Under the pieces are notes generated by a model. That model saw only the letters and a program-made list of their open reading frames with translations, was not told the origin of the DNA and did not search any database. This document shows positions 29,104 to 37,677 of a DNA stretch of 64,000 nt, piece by piece. The position numbers and the translations under genes are program-made. This stretch comes from an uncultured Bacilli bacterium (lineage in GTDB: Bacteria; Bacillota_I; Bacilli_A; RF39; UBA660), in the NCBI GenBank assembly GCA_934130405.1, contig CAKOXX010000004.1, positions 14,153-78,152 of the forward strand. Reading direction: 5' to 3'. How positions within the stretch are numbered: the first letter of the stretch is position 1; every line of letters begins with the position of its first letter.

Positions 29104-29805
29104 ATGAAAAGATGGAAATTGAAAAAAGGTGCAATAATTGGAATTTATACTGCTATCTTTGTTTTTACAGGAGTAGGAGCTTATTTTGTTAGTCAAAATA
29201 TGAAGACTGATTTAAAGCAAAATGAACAAGTCGAGCACGTTAATAGTTCTATTTTAGATAAAGATGAAGATATAGAAGTAATAAATGAAACTCCAAAAAT
29301 GATAAAACCTTTCAAGGATGAGTCAGTTGCTACAACTAAATATTTTTATAATTACCAAGCAGATAATGCAACACAAGAAAAATCAATATTGTATCATGAA
29401 AATACGTACATTCAAAATTCTGGAATGGACTTTACTAAAAATGAAACATTTGACGTAATAGCTGTTTTAGAAGGTACAGTTATTAATGTAAAAGAAGATG
29501 AACTACTTGGTAAAATAGTAGAGATACAACATGATAATAATTTAGTTAGTAGTTATCAAAGTTTAGGTGATGTATCAGTCAAGAAAAATGATACAGTAAA
29601 GCAAGGTCAAATAATAGGAAAAAGTGGTACTAATAGTATTGATAAAGAGCTAGGAAATCATCTACACTTTGAACTTTATCTAAATAGTCAAGTAGTTAAT
29701 CCAGAAGATTATTTTGATAAAGAAATAAAAATAGAAACTACAACTGATAAAAATCCAACAACTGATAGTACCATGAGCAATCAAGAAACAAACCAAGCTG
29801 AGTAA
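29104..29805 (+). CDS. Membrane-anchored M23/LytM-domain protein with a degenerate zinc site (SpoIIQ-like architecture)
   Basis: N-terminal TM helix. The LytM domain has HLHFE intact, but the HxxxD motif reads NSGMD. Confidence 0.72.
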   Translation: MKRWKLKKGAIIGIYTAIFVFTGVGAYFVSQNMKTDLKQNEQVEHVNSSILDKDEDIEVINETPKMIKPFKDESVATTKYFYNYQADNATQEKSILYHENTYIQNSGMDFTKNETFDVIAVLEGTVINVKEDELLGKIVEIQHDNNLVSSYQSLGDVSVKKNDTVKQGQIIGKSGTNSIDKELGNHLHFELYLNSQVVNPEDYFDKEIKIETTTDKNPTTDSTMSNQETNQAE

Positions 29806-29810
29806 TTATT

Positions 29811-29845
29811 AAGATGATGATTTTGATAAACTATCATCTTTTTAT
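29811..29845 (+). terminator. Rho-independent terminator
   Basis: AAGATGAT...ATCATCTT stem followed by TTT. Confidence 0.6.
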
Positions 29846-29978
29846 ATATTTTTAAAGTAATAAATATCATTTATTGTGTATATATTTAGAATAGTAGGAA
29901 AAACTAATTTTGATGGGAAATTAATTTACAACTAAATGAAAGTTTGTTAAAATATTAACAGTAAAAGGACGTGATAGG

Positions 29979-30974
29979 ATGTTAGCAAAAGATATTGGAA
30001 TAGATTTAGGAACAGCAAATGTATTAATTTATATAAAAGGAGAAGGAATAGTTTTAAATGAACCAAGTGTAGTTGCAATTGATACAGATAATAAAAAAGT
30101 TGTAGCAGTTGGCCGCGAAGCAAGTGAAATGTTAGGTAGAACACCAGGAAAAGTAAAAGCTATTAAACCAATGAAAGATGGTGTTATTGCTGATTTTGAA
30201 GTTACTGAAATTATGCTTGATTATTTCATTAGAAAAATTCATGCTCGTAACTTTTTATCAAGACCTAGAATTTTAATTTGTTGTCCTTCTAATATTACCC
30301 CGGTTGAAAAAAATGCTATAAAAGAAGCAGCAGAGAGAACTGGAGCTCGTAGAGTATTCTTAGAAGAGGAACCAAAAGTAGCTGCTATTGGAGCAGGACT
30401 AGATATTACTAAACCAAACGGAAATATGGTTATTGATATTGGTGGTGGTACTACTGATATAGCTGTTCTTTCTCTAAAAGATATAGTAACGAGTGCTTCT
30501 ATTAGAGTAGCTGGTAATGTTTTTGATCAAGATATTATAAAATTTATAAAAGAAAAGTATAAACTTTTAATAGGAGATAAGACGGCAGAAGAAATAAAAA
30601 TCGAATTTGCTAATGTATATAATCCTGATAAGAAGAAAAAGATGGAAGTACGAGGAAGAGACTTAATAACGGGATTACCTAGTACTATTGAGATAGTAGA
30701 AAGTGAAACAAAGGAAGCTCTTGAAGAATCACTAAATAAAATAATAAAATCTGCTACTAATGTGTTGGAACAGACCCCACCCGAATTATCAGCAGATATT
30801 GTTGAAAATGGTGTAGTCTTAACAGGTGGTGGAAGTCTTTTAACTGGCTTAGTACCTTTACTAAAAGATAAGTTAAAAATTCCTGTTTTTATAGCTGATA
30901 CACCTTTAACTTGTGTAGTTGAAGGAACAGGAGTATTATTAGATGATATAAGAAGTCTAGAAGAAAAAAACTAG
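29979..30974 (+). CDS. mreB: Rod-shape-determining actin homolog MreB/Mbl
   Basis: DLGTANVLIY phosphate-1 motif, DIGGGTTD phosphate-2 motif, GGGSLL adenosine motif. Confidence 0.94.
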   Translation: MLAKDIGIDLGTANVLIYIKGEGIVLNEPSVVAIDTDNKKVVAVGREASEMLGRTPGKVKAIKPMKDGVIADFEVTEIMLDYFIRKIHARNFLSRPRILICCPSNITPVEKNAIKEAAERTGARRVFLEEEPKVAAIGAGLDITKPNGNMVIDIGGGTTDIAVLSLKDIVTSASIRVAGNVFDQDIIKFIKEKYKLLIGDKTAEEIKIEFANVYNPDKKKKMEVRGRDLITGLPSTIEIVESETKEALEESLNKIIKSATNVLEQTPPELSADIVENGVVLTGGGSLLTGLVPLLKDKLKIPVFIADTPLTCVVEGTGVLLDDIRSLEEKN

Positions 30975-31053
30975 ACTTTTTTGTTTGAAAAATAAAAATT
31001 GTACAAAGTTAGCATTATTGATATAATTGAATAAGGAAAGAGGTAGTAGTGTA

Positions 31054-32169
31054 ATGAGTCAAGAAATATTAAGCGCTTTAAAGATTGTTGCTGTGACATT
31101 TCTTTGTTCCGCTTTAATTATGCCTGGTATGAAAAAAATAGCTTTTCATATTGGTGCTGTTGATGTCCCGAGATCTGATGAAGGAAATCGACATATTCAT
31201 AAAAAGGTGATGCCTAAATTGGGCGGGGTAGGTATTTTCCTAGCTTTCTTAGTTGGCTATATGTTATTTGGAATTGAAAGTATTCAAATGAATTCCATTT
31301 TGATAGGTAGTTTTATAATTATTTTAACAGGTATTATAGATGATATAAATTCAATAAGAGCAAGTAGGAAACTATTGGGGCAACTAATAGCAGCATGTAT
31401 AATTGTTTTTTATGGAGGAATACTCTTAAATAACATTACCGCTTTTGGTTACACAATTGATTTTGGAATATTTTCTTATCCGTTAACAATTTTCTTTATA
31501 GTTGCTTGTACTAATATAATTAATTTGATTGATGGTTTAGATGGTTTGTGTGGTGGAATATGTAGTATTTTCTTTTTAACTATTGGTATAATAGGATTTT
31601 TTCAAGGCAGAAGTGGAAACTTAGTTATGTTATTAACATTTATTATGCTTGGAGCGACACTTGGCTTTTTACTTCATAATTTTTATCCGGCAAAAATATT
31701 CTGTGGCGATTGTGCTATGTTTCTTGGTTTTATCATTGCGATAATAACGTTGTTAGAATTCAAAGGTCCAGCCTTAACTAGTTTATTTGTACCGATAATG
31801 ATTTTAGGTATTCCAATTCTTGATACTTTGTTTGCTATTATAAGAAGACTTCTGAAACATCAACCGCCATTCTCACCAGATAAAGACCATATTCATCATC
31901 AATTGTTAGGAATGAATTTCTCTCACAGAACAACAGTTTTAATTATTTATGCGATAGATTTATTATTTGCAATGGCTTCAATACTTTATATTTTAAAAGA
32001 TCCATTCTTAGGAAAAGTTTTCTATATATTGATATTTATAGTAGTAGTTTGGTTTGTATTTAGAACGAGTGTTATTTCTCCTAAAAATAAAGAAGTAACT
32101 GACAATATTATTGATAAAGTAGAAGGAACTTTAAAAAAAGATAGAAACAAACAGAAAAACAGTGGTTAA
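31054..32169 (+). CDS. tagO: Undecaprenyl-phosphate N-acetylglucosaminyl-1-phosphate transferase (TagO/WecA, MraY-like GT4 family)
   Basis: Polytopic membrane protein. Motifs IDDINS and NLIDGLDGL, plus the HHQL cytoplasmic loop. Confidence 0.85.
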   Translation: MSQEILSALKIVAVTFLCSALIMPGMKKIAFHIGAVDVPRSDEGNRHIHKKVMPKLGGVGIFLAFLVGYMLFGIESIQMNSILIGSFIIILTGIIDDINSIRASRKLLGQLIAACIIVFYGGILLNNITAFGYTIDFGIFSYPLTIFFIVACTNIINLIDGLDGLCGGICSIFFLTIGIIGFFQGRSGNLVMLLTFIMLGATLGFLLHNFYPAKIFCGDCAMFLGFIIAIITLLEFKGPALTSLFVPIMILGIPILDTLFAIIRRLLKHQPPFSPDKDHIHHQLLGMNFSHRTTVLIIYAIDLLFAMASILYILKDPFLGKVFYILIFIVVVWFVFRTSVISPKNKEVTDNIIDKVEGTLKKDRNKQKNSG

Positions 32170-32250
32170 ACAGCCACTTATTTTTTTTGCAAAATTATCC
32201 ACATTTCTGGAAAAATATGGTAAAATCGAAGTAAATCGGAGGTTGTTACT

Positions 32251-32997
32251 ATGATTAACTTTATAATTTGTGATGATGAAGAGATTTTTAGGGAGTCACT
32301 TAAAGAGAAGATTGACAGTTGCATGATGCAAACGACTATCGAATATAAAACTCATTTTTTTGATTGCTATGATAGAAAGTTTAAAGATTTTACTGAAAAT
32401 ATAAATCAATTTAATGTTTATTTTCTAGATATTATAACGCCTCATGGTACAGGAATGGATGCAGCTAGGTATATTAGAGATAAAGCAGGTGACTGGAATT
32501 CAATAATAATTTTTGTTACCAACTATAATGAATATCGTTTTAAAGTTTTATCTTCTCGACTAGGAGTATTTGACTTTATTAGAAAATCACCTAAAGCTCT
32601 AAGCAGAATAAGTGATATTATGTCCATTGTTATTTCTAGATATAACACTACTTCTACTAAATGTATTACTTTTGAAAAAGATCATTCAATATTTAAAATT
32701 AAGTATAAAGATATTATTTATATTGAACGTGAATTAAATAGTAAGAGTTGTATTTTGTTTTCTACTGCAGGTGAATTTAGAATTACCAAATCTTTATCAG
32801 AGATAGAAGAAGTTTTGGATGGACGTTTCCTTAGAACTCATCGCAGTGCAATAGTTAATATTGATAATATACAAGAATATAATATTCGTACAAATGTAAT
32901 TACTTTTTATAATGGTGAAAGGACTGATTTGATATCTAGAAACAAAAAGAAGGAGTTGAAGCAACGTGTCATCAATAGTAGTCAGATGCATAAATAA
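32251..32997 (+). CDS. LytTR-family response regulator (AgrA-like)
   Basis: Receiver domain (ICDDE, phospho-acceptor in YFLDI) and a C-terminal LytTR domain (FLRTHRSAIVNIDNI). Confidence 0.88.
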   Translation: MINFIICDDEEIFRESLKEKIDSCMMQTTIEYKTHFFDCYDRKFKDFTENINQFNVYFLDIITPHGTGMDAARYIRDKAGDWNSIIIFVTNYNEYRFKVLSSRLGVFDFIRKSPKALSRISDIMSIVISRYNTTSTKCITFEKDHSIFKIKYKDIIYIERELNSKSCILFSTAGEFRITKSLSEIEEVLDGRFLRTHRSAIVNIDNIQEYNIRTNVITFYNGERTDLISRNKKKELKQRVINSSQMHK

Positions 32998-34267
32998 TTT
33001 AGTAATGATATTAGCTATAATATTAACAACACAAAATATTACAAATAAAAAGGTAAATTTATTTTCTATTCGTACTGTATTTTGGATTAGTATAACCTTT
33101 CTTCCTTGTCTTCTTTTTTTAGATGCAGGTTATAATTTAATATTTACAATGTTATCGTTTTCATTTTTCTCTTTTTCTCTTAAAAATATTTTTCAATTTG
33201 AAATCCTAGAAGGAATGGTTATAAGTGTGTATTTTATTATCTTATCAAGTATACCTGATTTGATGATGTCATTTATTTTGAGACAATTTTTTACTTATAA
33301 TCAGATTAAAAGTAGTATGTTATTGATGACCACGTCAAATCTTTTTGTTTCTATATTAACTAGTTGTATTTTTTTAATTCCATTTTTTAACAAAATATTG
33401 AAGCATACTTTAAATGAAACAAAAACTTCTAGACATAAGAACGACATTGTTTATGCAATAGTGTCATTTGTTGCTATAGGTATGATATATAGTTTAGCAA
33501 GGGCTTTTTATATTGTTAGTGGTTATTATTTAATTATTAATATTGTAATAATAATTTTTATATTACTTATTCTTGCTTATATGGTAGAAATAATTAAGTA
33601 TGATCAATTAAAAACTCAGAGTGACACATTGTATGACTGTATGAAAAACATTGAAAATTATCAGGAACAACAAGATTTAAAAATTCATGAATATAAAAAT
33701 CAACTATCTAAAATAACTGCATTAACAACAGACGAAAAGATTATAGATAAAATAGAAGAAATTTTAGATGTTGATTTAACAGCTGATACTTATTTATTAG
33801 GAAAAATAAAAAATATTCCCAAAGGAGAACTTAAAAGTTTAATTTATTATAAATTGTTGGTTGCTAAAAGAGAAAATATTAATCTTTCTATAGATGTATC
33901 TTCTGATTTATCTGATAAAAATTATAAATTTACCAGGCATCAGGAGAAAGCTTTGAGCCATTTAATAGGTATAACTTTTGATAATGCTATTGAAGCATCA
34001 AAAGAGTCAAGAACTAAAGAAATATTTCTAGAAATATATGAAACTACTGTTGGATTGACATTCTCTATAACTAATACATTTTCTGGGGATATTGATTTAG
34101 ATAAGATTGGTCAATTAGGTTATACAACAAAGGGTGGAAATCATGGAAAAGGCTTGCATTTCATGAAGAAGATAGTAGACGAAAGAATAGGATTATATAC
34201 AAGAACAACAGTTTCAAAAGAATACTTTACTCAAAAAATAATTATCAAGAAAAAAACTGATAAGTAA
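32966..34267 (+). CDS. AgrC-like (HPK10) membrane sensor histidine kinase
   Basis: Multi-TM N-terminal sensor, H-box KIHEYKNQL, N-box FDNAIEA, G-box TTKGGNHGKGL. The start is uncertain (GTG at 32966 or ATG at 33005). Confidence 0.85.
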   Translation: MSSIVVRCINNLVMILAIILTTQNITNKKVNLFSIRTVFWISITFLPCLLFLDAGYNLIFTMLSFSFFSFSLKNIFQFEILEGMVISVYFIILSSIPDLMMSFILRQFFTYNQIKSSMLLMTTSNLFVSILTSCIFLIPFFNKILKHTLNETKTSRHKNDIVYAIVSFVAIGMIYSLARAFYIVSGYYLIINIVIIIFILLILAYMVEIIKYDQLKTQSDTLYDCMKNIENYQEQQDLKIHEYKNQLSKITALTTDEKIIDKIEEILDVDLTADTYLLGKIKNIPKGELKSLIYYKLLVAKRENINLSIDVSSDLSDKNYKFTRHQEKALSHLIGITFDNAIEASKESRTKEIFLEIYETTVGLTFSITNTFSGDIDLDKIGQLGYTTKGGNHGKGLHFMKKIVDERIGLYTRTTVSKEYFTQKIIIKKKTDK

Positions 34268-34289
34268 TTACTATCTATCAGTTTTTTTG
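34250..34289. terminator. Bidirectional terminator between the convergent agrC-like and agrD genes
   Basis: A6-ACTGATA...TATCAGT-T7 hairpin, flanked by an A-run and a T-run. Confidence 0.6.
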
Positions 34290-34305
34290 TAGGAACAATT
34301 ATTAA

Positions 34306-34425
34306 TTAGTCCATATTGTTTAATGCTTTTGGTTCATCAACTAGCCACCAAAGACATCCTACACTAGCAGATGCTGTAGCTAACATTCCTAAAGCTACTA
34401 GTAATTTTGCAACTCTCTTTTTCAT
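34306..34425 (-). CDS. agrD: AgrD-like autoinducing-peptide precursor (39 aa; absent from the ORF track)
   Basis: Hand translation gives MKKRVAKLLVALGMLATASASVGCLWWLVDEPKALNNMD. AGAGGA ribosome-binding site. Lies 40 nt downstream of agrB. Has a single Cys followed by 4 hydrophobic residues and then an acidic VDEPK motif. Confidence 0.72.
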   Translation of the reverse strand: MKKRVAKLLVALGMLATASASVGCLWWLVDEPKALNNMD

Positions 34426-34465
34426 AATTTTTTCCTCTTTTCTATTTTAAATGTCTTTTTGACAT

Positions 34466-35050
34466 TTAAACCGTTAAGTAATTTCTATATGGCATTCCAT
34501 ATAGTTTGTAGGTTACAGGTAAAATAAGTATTGTTTCTATTATTAAACCTGACAAGAGATAAGTAGATATTTCATTATTGTTAAATACTATTACTAAAAT
34601 CGAATATGTAACTGCGAGTAGACAAGCCGCTATTTTTCTAAGTTTTCTTTTCCTTTCATTTGTAAGCGGTCTTTTTACTGTATCAGCAGGTGCATATAGA
34701 ATGAAACAAACTAGACAAAAGATGCAAATTCCAATTTTGACTGGTAATGTAATAGTTATCTTTGTTAGTAATAAGGGAATACCAAGTAGCAATGTCATAG
34801 AAGAAATCAAGCAAGTTGATGATTTATTAGCATGTAAACCGAATGCTGGATATCTAATAATATTGAAAAATATTAATGATAAAGTAAATTCTTTTAATAT
34901 TCCGAGTAGAAATGCTAAAGGAAATATTATTAGTAATTTACCAAAAGTTAGATAAATTCCTTCCAGTCCATATCGCAGTTCTTCTTCTTGTATTTCTATA
35001 TTGTTATTTTTAACAAAAGATATACAACCATTTAAAAATTTTTCTTTCAT
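34466..35050 (-). CDS. agrB: AgrB-like membrane endopeptidase (AIP maturation)
   Basis: Polytopic protein with RYPAFGLHANKSSTC. The His and Cys are 7 residues apart, as in the AgrB catalytic pair. The ATG at 35050 follows AGAGAGG. Confidence 0.85.
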   Translation of the reverse strand: MKEKFLNGCISFVKNNNIEIQEEELRYGLEGIYLTFGKLLIIFPLAFLLGILKEFTLSLIFFNIIRYPAFGLHANKSSTCLISSMTLLLGIPLLLTKITITLPVKIGICIFCLVCFILYAPADTVKRPLTNERKRKLRKIAACLLAVTYSILVIVFNNNEISTYLLSGLIIETILILPVTYKLYGMPYRNYLTV

Positions 35051-35170
35051 CTTTATACCTCTCTTGTTGTAATAATCGTACAATAAAAATTTCCTATTTC
35101 TGGAATTAGTCAATTTAGGTTGCAAAATTTGTCGAAAAGTAGAAAAAACATTTAAAAAAGCAGCAAAATT

Positions 35171-35204
35171 TACCATTTAAGGTGACAATAATACCATTTA
35201 CGGT
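35171..35204 (+). promoter_or_regulatory. LytTR-type direct repeat pair (candidate AgrA-like binding site)
   Basis: TACCATTTAAGGT (35171-35183) and TACCATTTACGGT (35192-35204). They match at 12 of 13 positions with 21-bp start-to-start phasing. Confidence 0.6.
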
Positions 35205-35210
35205 AAAAAA

Positions 35211-35239
35211 ATTAATATCACCGAAAAATATGATAAGAT
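35211..35239 (+). promoter_or_regulatory. Candidate activator-dependent promoter of the csp gene
   Basis: Extended -10 TGaTAAGAT (35231-35239) with a poor -35 (ATTAAT), starting 6 bp after the repeat pair. Confidence 0.45.
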
Positions 35240-35315
35240 ACAATTACATCGTTTTAAGAAGTCGGAGTTAAGCCAACTTAATTAATTGGTGTAATAATTT
35301 ATGGAGGTGAGCCGC

Positions 35316-35534
35316 ATGATAGGCAAAGTAAAATGGTTTAATAATGAGAAAGGGTATGGATTTATTGAATATAAAGAAAATGAAGACATCTTTGTTCACT
35401 ATTCAACCATTAACATCACAGGTTATAAGACTTTATCGGAGGGTCAATATGTGGAATTTACTTTACTTGAAACTAGTAAAGGATACCAAGCCGTTGATGT
35501 AACGCCTGTTAAGGAACCAGCTATTGTAAAATAG
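35316..35534 (+). CDS. Cold-shock protein (CspA family)
   Basis: RNP1 KGYGFI and RNP2 VFVHY-like (IFVHY) motifs. The ATG at 35316 follows GGAGGTGA. Confidence 0.95.
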   Translation: MIGKVKWFNNEKGYGFIEYKENEDIFVHYSTINITGYKTLSEGQYVEFTLLETSKGYQAVDVTPVKEPAIVK

Positions 35535-35655
35535 TTGGTTTTCTTTTGCCAGTAATTTTCATAATTTGACGGTAATTATCCCATAATTTTTGACAACAAA
35601 CTCTCTTCTTTTTTTACTACAATTATGCTATACTACAGGTAAGGAGAGTGATAAT

Positions 35656-36186
35656 ATGGAAATAATTATCCGTGGTGACAAAATTGAAGTTACTAAAGCA
35701 ATGAAAGATTATATTGAGGAGAAATTAAAACGACTAGATAAGTATCTTGAAAATAGTGATGAAGTAAGAGCAACAGTTGTAGTTAGAGTATCTTCTCATC
35801 GTCAAACTGTGGAGATAACTATTCCACTTCACAACTATATTATTCGTTCCGAAGAAACACAAGATGATTTTTATGCAGCAGTAGATAAAGCTATCGATAT
35901 AATGGAACGACAAATAAGAAAAAATAAAACAAGACTTAAGGCACGCGAAGAGAAATCAAGAATAGATTTCAAAATGATTGATATTATAGAAGAAGATGAG
36001 GAAAAAGAAAATAAAATCATCAAAAGAAAAAAAGTAGAAGTTAAACCAATGGATGAAGAAGAAGCAATACTTCAAATGGAACTTATAGGACATCAATTCT
36101 ATCTATTTAAAAATATAGATACTTCAAAAGAAGCTGTAGTTTATAAAAGAAAAAATGGTGGCTATGGTTTAATAGAAGCCGAATAA
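35656..36186 (+). CDS. hpf: Ribosome hibernation promoting factor, long form (HPF/YvyD)
   Basis: The N-terminal S30AE domain (ITIPL) and a C-terminal dimerisation domain (KPMDEEEAILQMELIGHQFYLF). Confidence 0.92.
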   Translation: MEIIIRGDKIEVTKAMKDYIEEKLKRLDKYLENSDEVRATVVVRVSSHRQTVEITIPLHNYIIRSEETQDDFYAAVDKAIDIMERQIRKNKTRLKAREEKSRIDFKMIDIIEEDEEKENKIIKRKKVEVKPMDEEEAILQMELIGHQFYLFKNIDTSKEAVVYKRKNGGYGLIEAE

Positions 36187-36190
36187 TGAT

Positions 36191-36217
36191 AGAGCAGTTA
36201 GTAATAGCTGCTCTTTT
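36191..36217 (+). terminator. Rho-independent terminator after hpf
   Basis: AGAGCAG-10 nt-CTGCTCT followed by TTT. Confidence 0.6.
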
Positions 36218-36279
36218 CTAAATCTTGAAAAAAATAGGCATTTATGATAATTTATATAGAAGAAAAGTGAGGGATAAGT

Positions 36280-37671
36280 ATGAAATTATACAATACTAGA
36301 ACTAGACAGGTAGAAGAGTTAAAACCTAAGCATGGTAACACTATAAAGATGTATACTTGTGGACCTACAGTTTATCATTACGCACATATTGGAAATTTAA
36401 GAACTTATATTTCAGAAGATATCTTAGAAAAAGGTTTAAAATTTTTAGGTTATGATGTTCAGAGAGTAATGAATATAACGGATGTTGGTCATTTAGTCGG
36501 TGATGGTGATACCGGTGAAGACAAGATGGCAGTAGCAGCTAAAAGAGAACATAAATCATCAATGGAAATAGCTAAGTATTATACAGATTGTTTTTTTGAT
36601 GATTGTAAAAAACTAGGAATTAGAAAACCAGACGTAGTAACACCAGCCACTGCTCACATATCTACTTATATTAAAATGATAGAAAAATTATTAAAAGATG
36701 ATTATGCTTATATCTCAAATGGTAATATTTACTATGATACTTCAAAATTTTCAAAATATTATGAACTATCTGGCAGAAATAAAGATGAACTTTTAGTAGC
36801 AGTAAGAAATGACATAGAACAGGACGAAGCCAAGAGGAATCCTTTTGATTTTGGTTTATGGTTTACTAATTCTAAGTTTAATAACCAAGAATTGAAATGG
36901 GATTCACCTTGGGGTGAAGGATATCCTGGATGGCATATAGAATGTTCTGGTATTTCAATTGAAGAACTTGGTGATTATTTGGATATTCATTGTGGTGCAG
37001 AAGATGCAGTTTTCCCTCATCATACTAATGAAATTGCTCAAAGTGAGGCTTACCTTGGTCATTCTTGGTGTGATTTTTGGGTTCATATGGGCTTTCTAAA
37101 TGATAAAGGCGGAAAAATGAGTAAGTCACGTGGTGAATTTCTAACTGTATCTTTATTAGAAGAAAAAGGCTATAATCCTTTAAGTTATAGATACTTATGT
37201 CTAAATTCCTATTATCATAATCAATTAACATTTAGTTATGATATTTTAGATGGAGCCGAAAATGCTTACTTGAAATTAAAAAGAAAAGTAGCAAGTCTTA
37301 AAGATGAAGGTGTAATTGATAAAGACAAGGTAGATGCATATATCATTAAATTTAAAAATGAAATCAATAACGATTTAAATTCTTCTAATATGATTACATT
37401 ACTTTATGATGTTTTAAAAGATGATGAATTATCAGATAAGAGTAAATTATTCTTAGTAGAAGAGTTTGATAAAGTTTTATCTTTAGATTTATTAAATAAA
37501 GAAACAAATAATATAGAAGATGAATCTTGGATAAATGAAAAAATAGCAGAAAGAGCGAAAGCTAAAAGTGAAAAAAATTATCAAAAAGCCGATGAAATTC
37601 GTAATGAATTATTAGAAAAGGGAATAGTTTTAAAAGACGGACGAGATGGTACAACTTTTGAGAGAAAGTAG
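36280..37671 (+). CDS. cysS: Cysteine--tRNA ligase
   Basis: CGPTVY, HIGN and KMSKS motifs. Confidence 0.96.
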   Translation: MKLYNTRTRQVEELKPKHGNTIKMYTCGPTVYHYAHIGNLRTYISEDILEKGLKFLGYDVQRVMNITDVGHLVGDGDTGEDKMAVAAKREHKSSMEIAKYYTDCFFDDCKKLGIRKPDVVTPATAHISTYIKMIEKLLKDDYAYISNGNIYYDTSKFSKYYELSGRNKDELLVAVRNDIEQDEAKRNPFDFGLWFTNSKFNNQELKWDSPWGEGYPGWHIECSGISIEELGDYLDIHCGAEDAVFPHHTNEIAQSEAYLGHSWCDFWVHMGFLNDKGGKMSKSRGEFLTVSLLEEKGYNPLSYRYLCLNSYYHNQLTFSYDILDGAENAYLKLKRKVASLKDEGVIDKDKVDAYIIKFKNEINNDLNSSNMITLLYDVLKDDELSDKSKLFLVEEFDKVLSLDLLNKETNNIEDESWINEKIAERAKAKSEKNYQKADEIRNELLEKGIVLKDGRDGTTFERK

Positions 37672-37677
37672 GGTTAG

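Noticed and set aside
32195-32203. Perfect DnaA box TTATCCACA upstream of the LytTR regulator gene
   Set aside because: It is a single isolated 9-mer in AT-rich DNA. About one chance occurrence is plausible in 64 kb on two strands, and there are no neighbouring boxes.
34578-34955. 125-aa plus-strand ORF inside the agrB locus
   Set aside because: It is antisense to agrB, which has clear family motifs. It has no RBS and no recognisable motif.
35051-35176. 42-codon N-terminal extension of agrB suggested by the ORF track (start at 35176)
   Set aside because: The internal ATG at 35050 has a good AGAGAGG ribosome-binding site and gives the normal AgrB length (~194 aa). The extension has no AgrB-like sequence.
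35535-35655. Direct repeat CATAATTT(TT)GAC upstream of hpf
   Set aside because: It consists of two short AT-rich copies that overlap -35-like TTGAC elements. They are most simply alternative promoters, and this is not enough to propose an operator.
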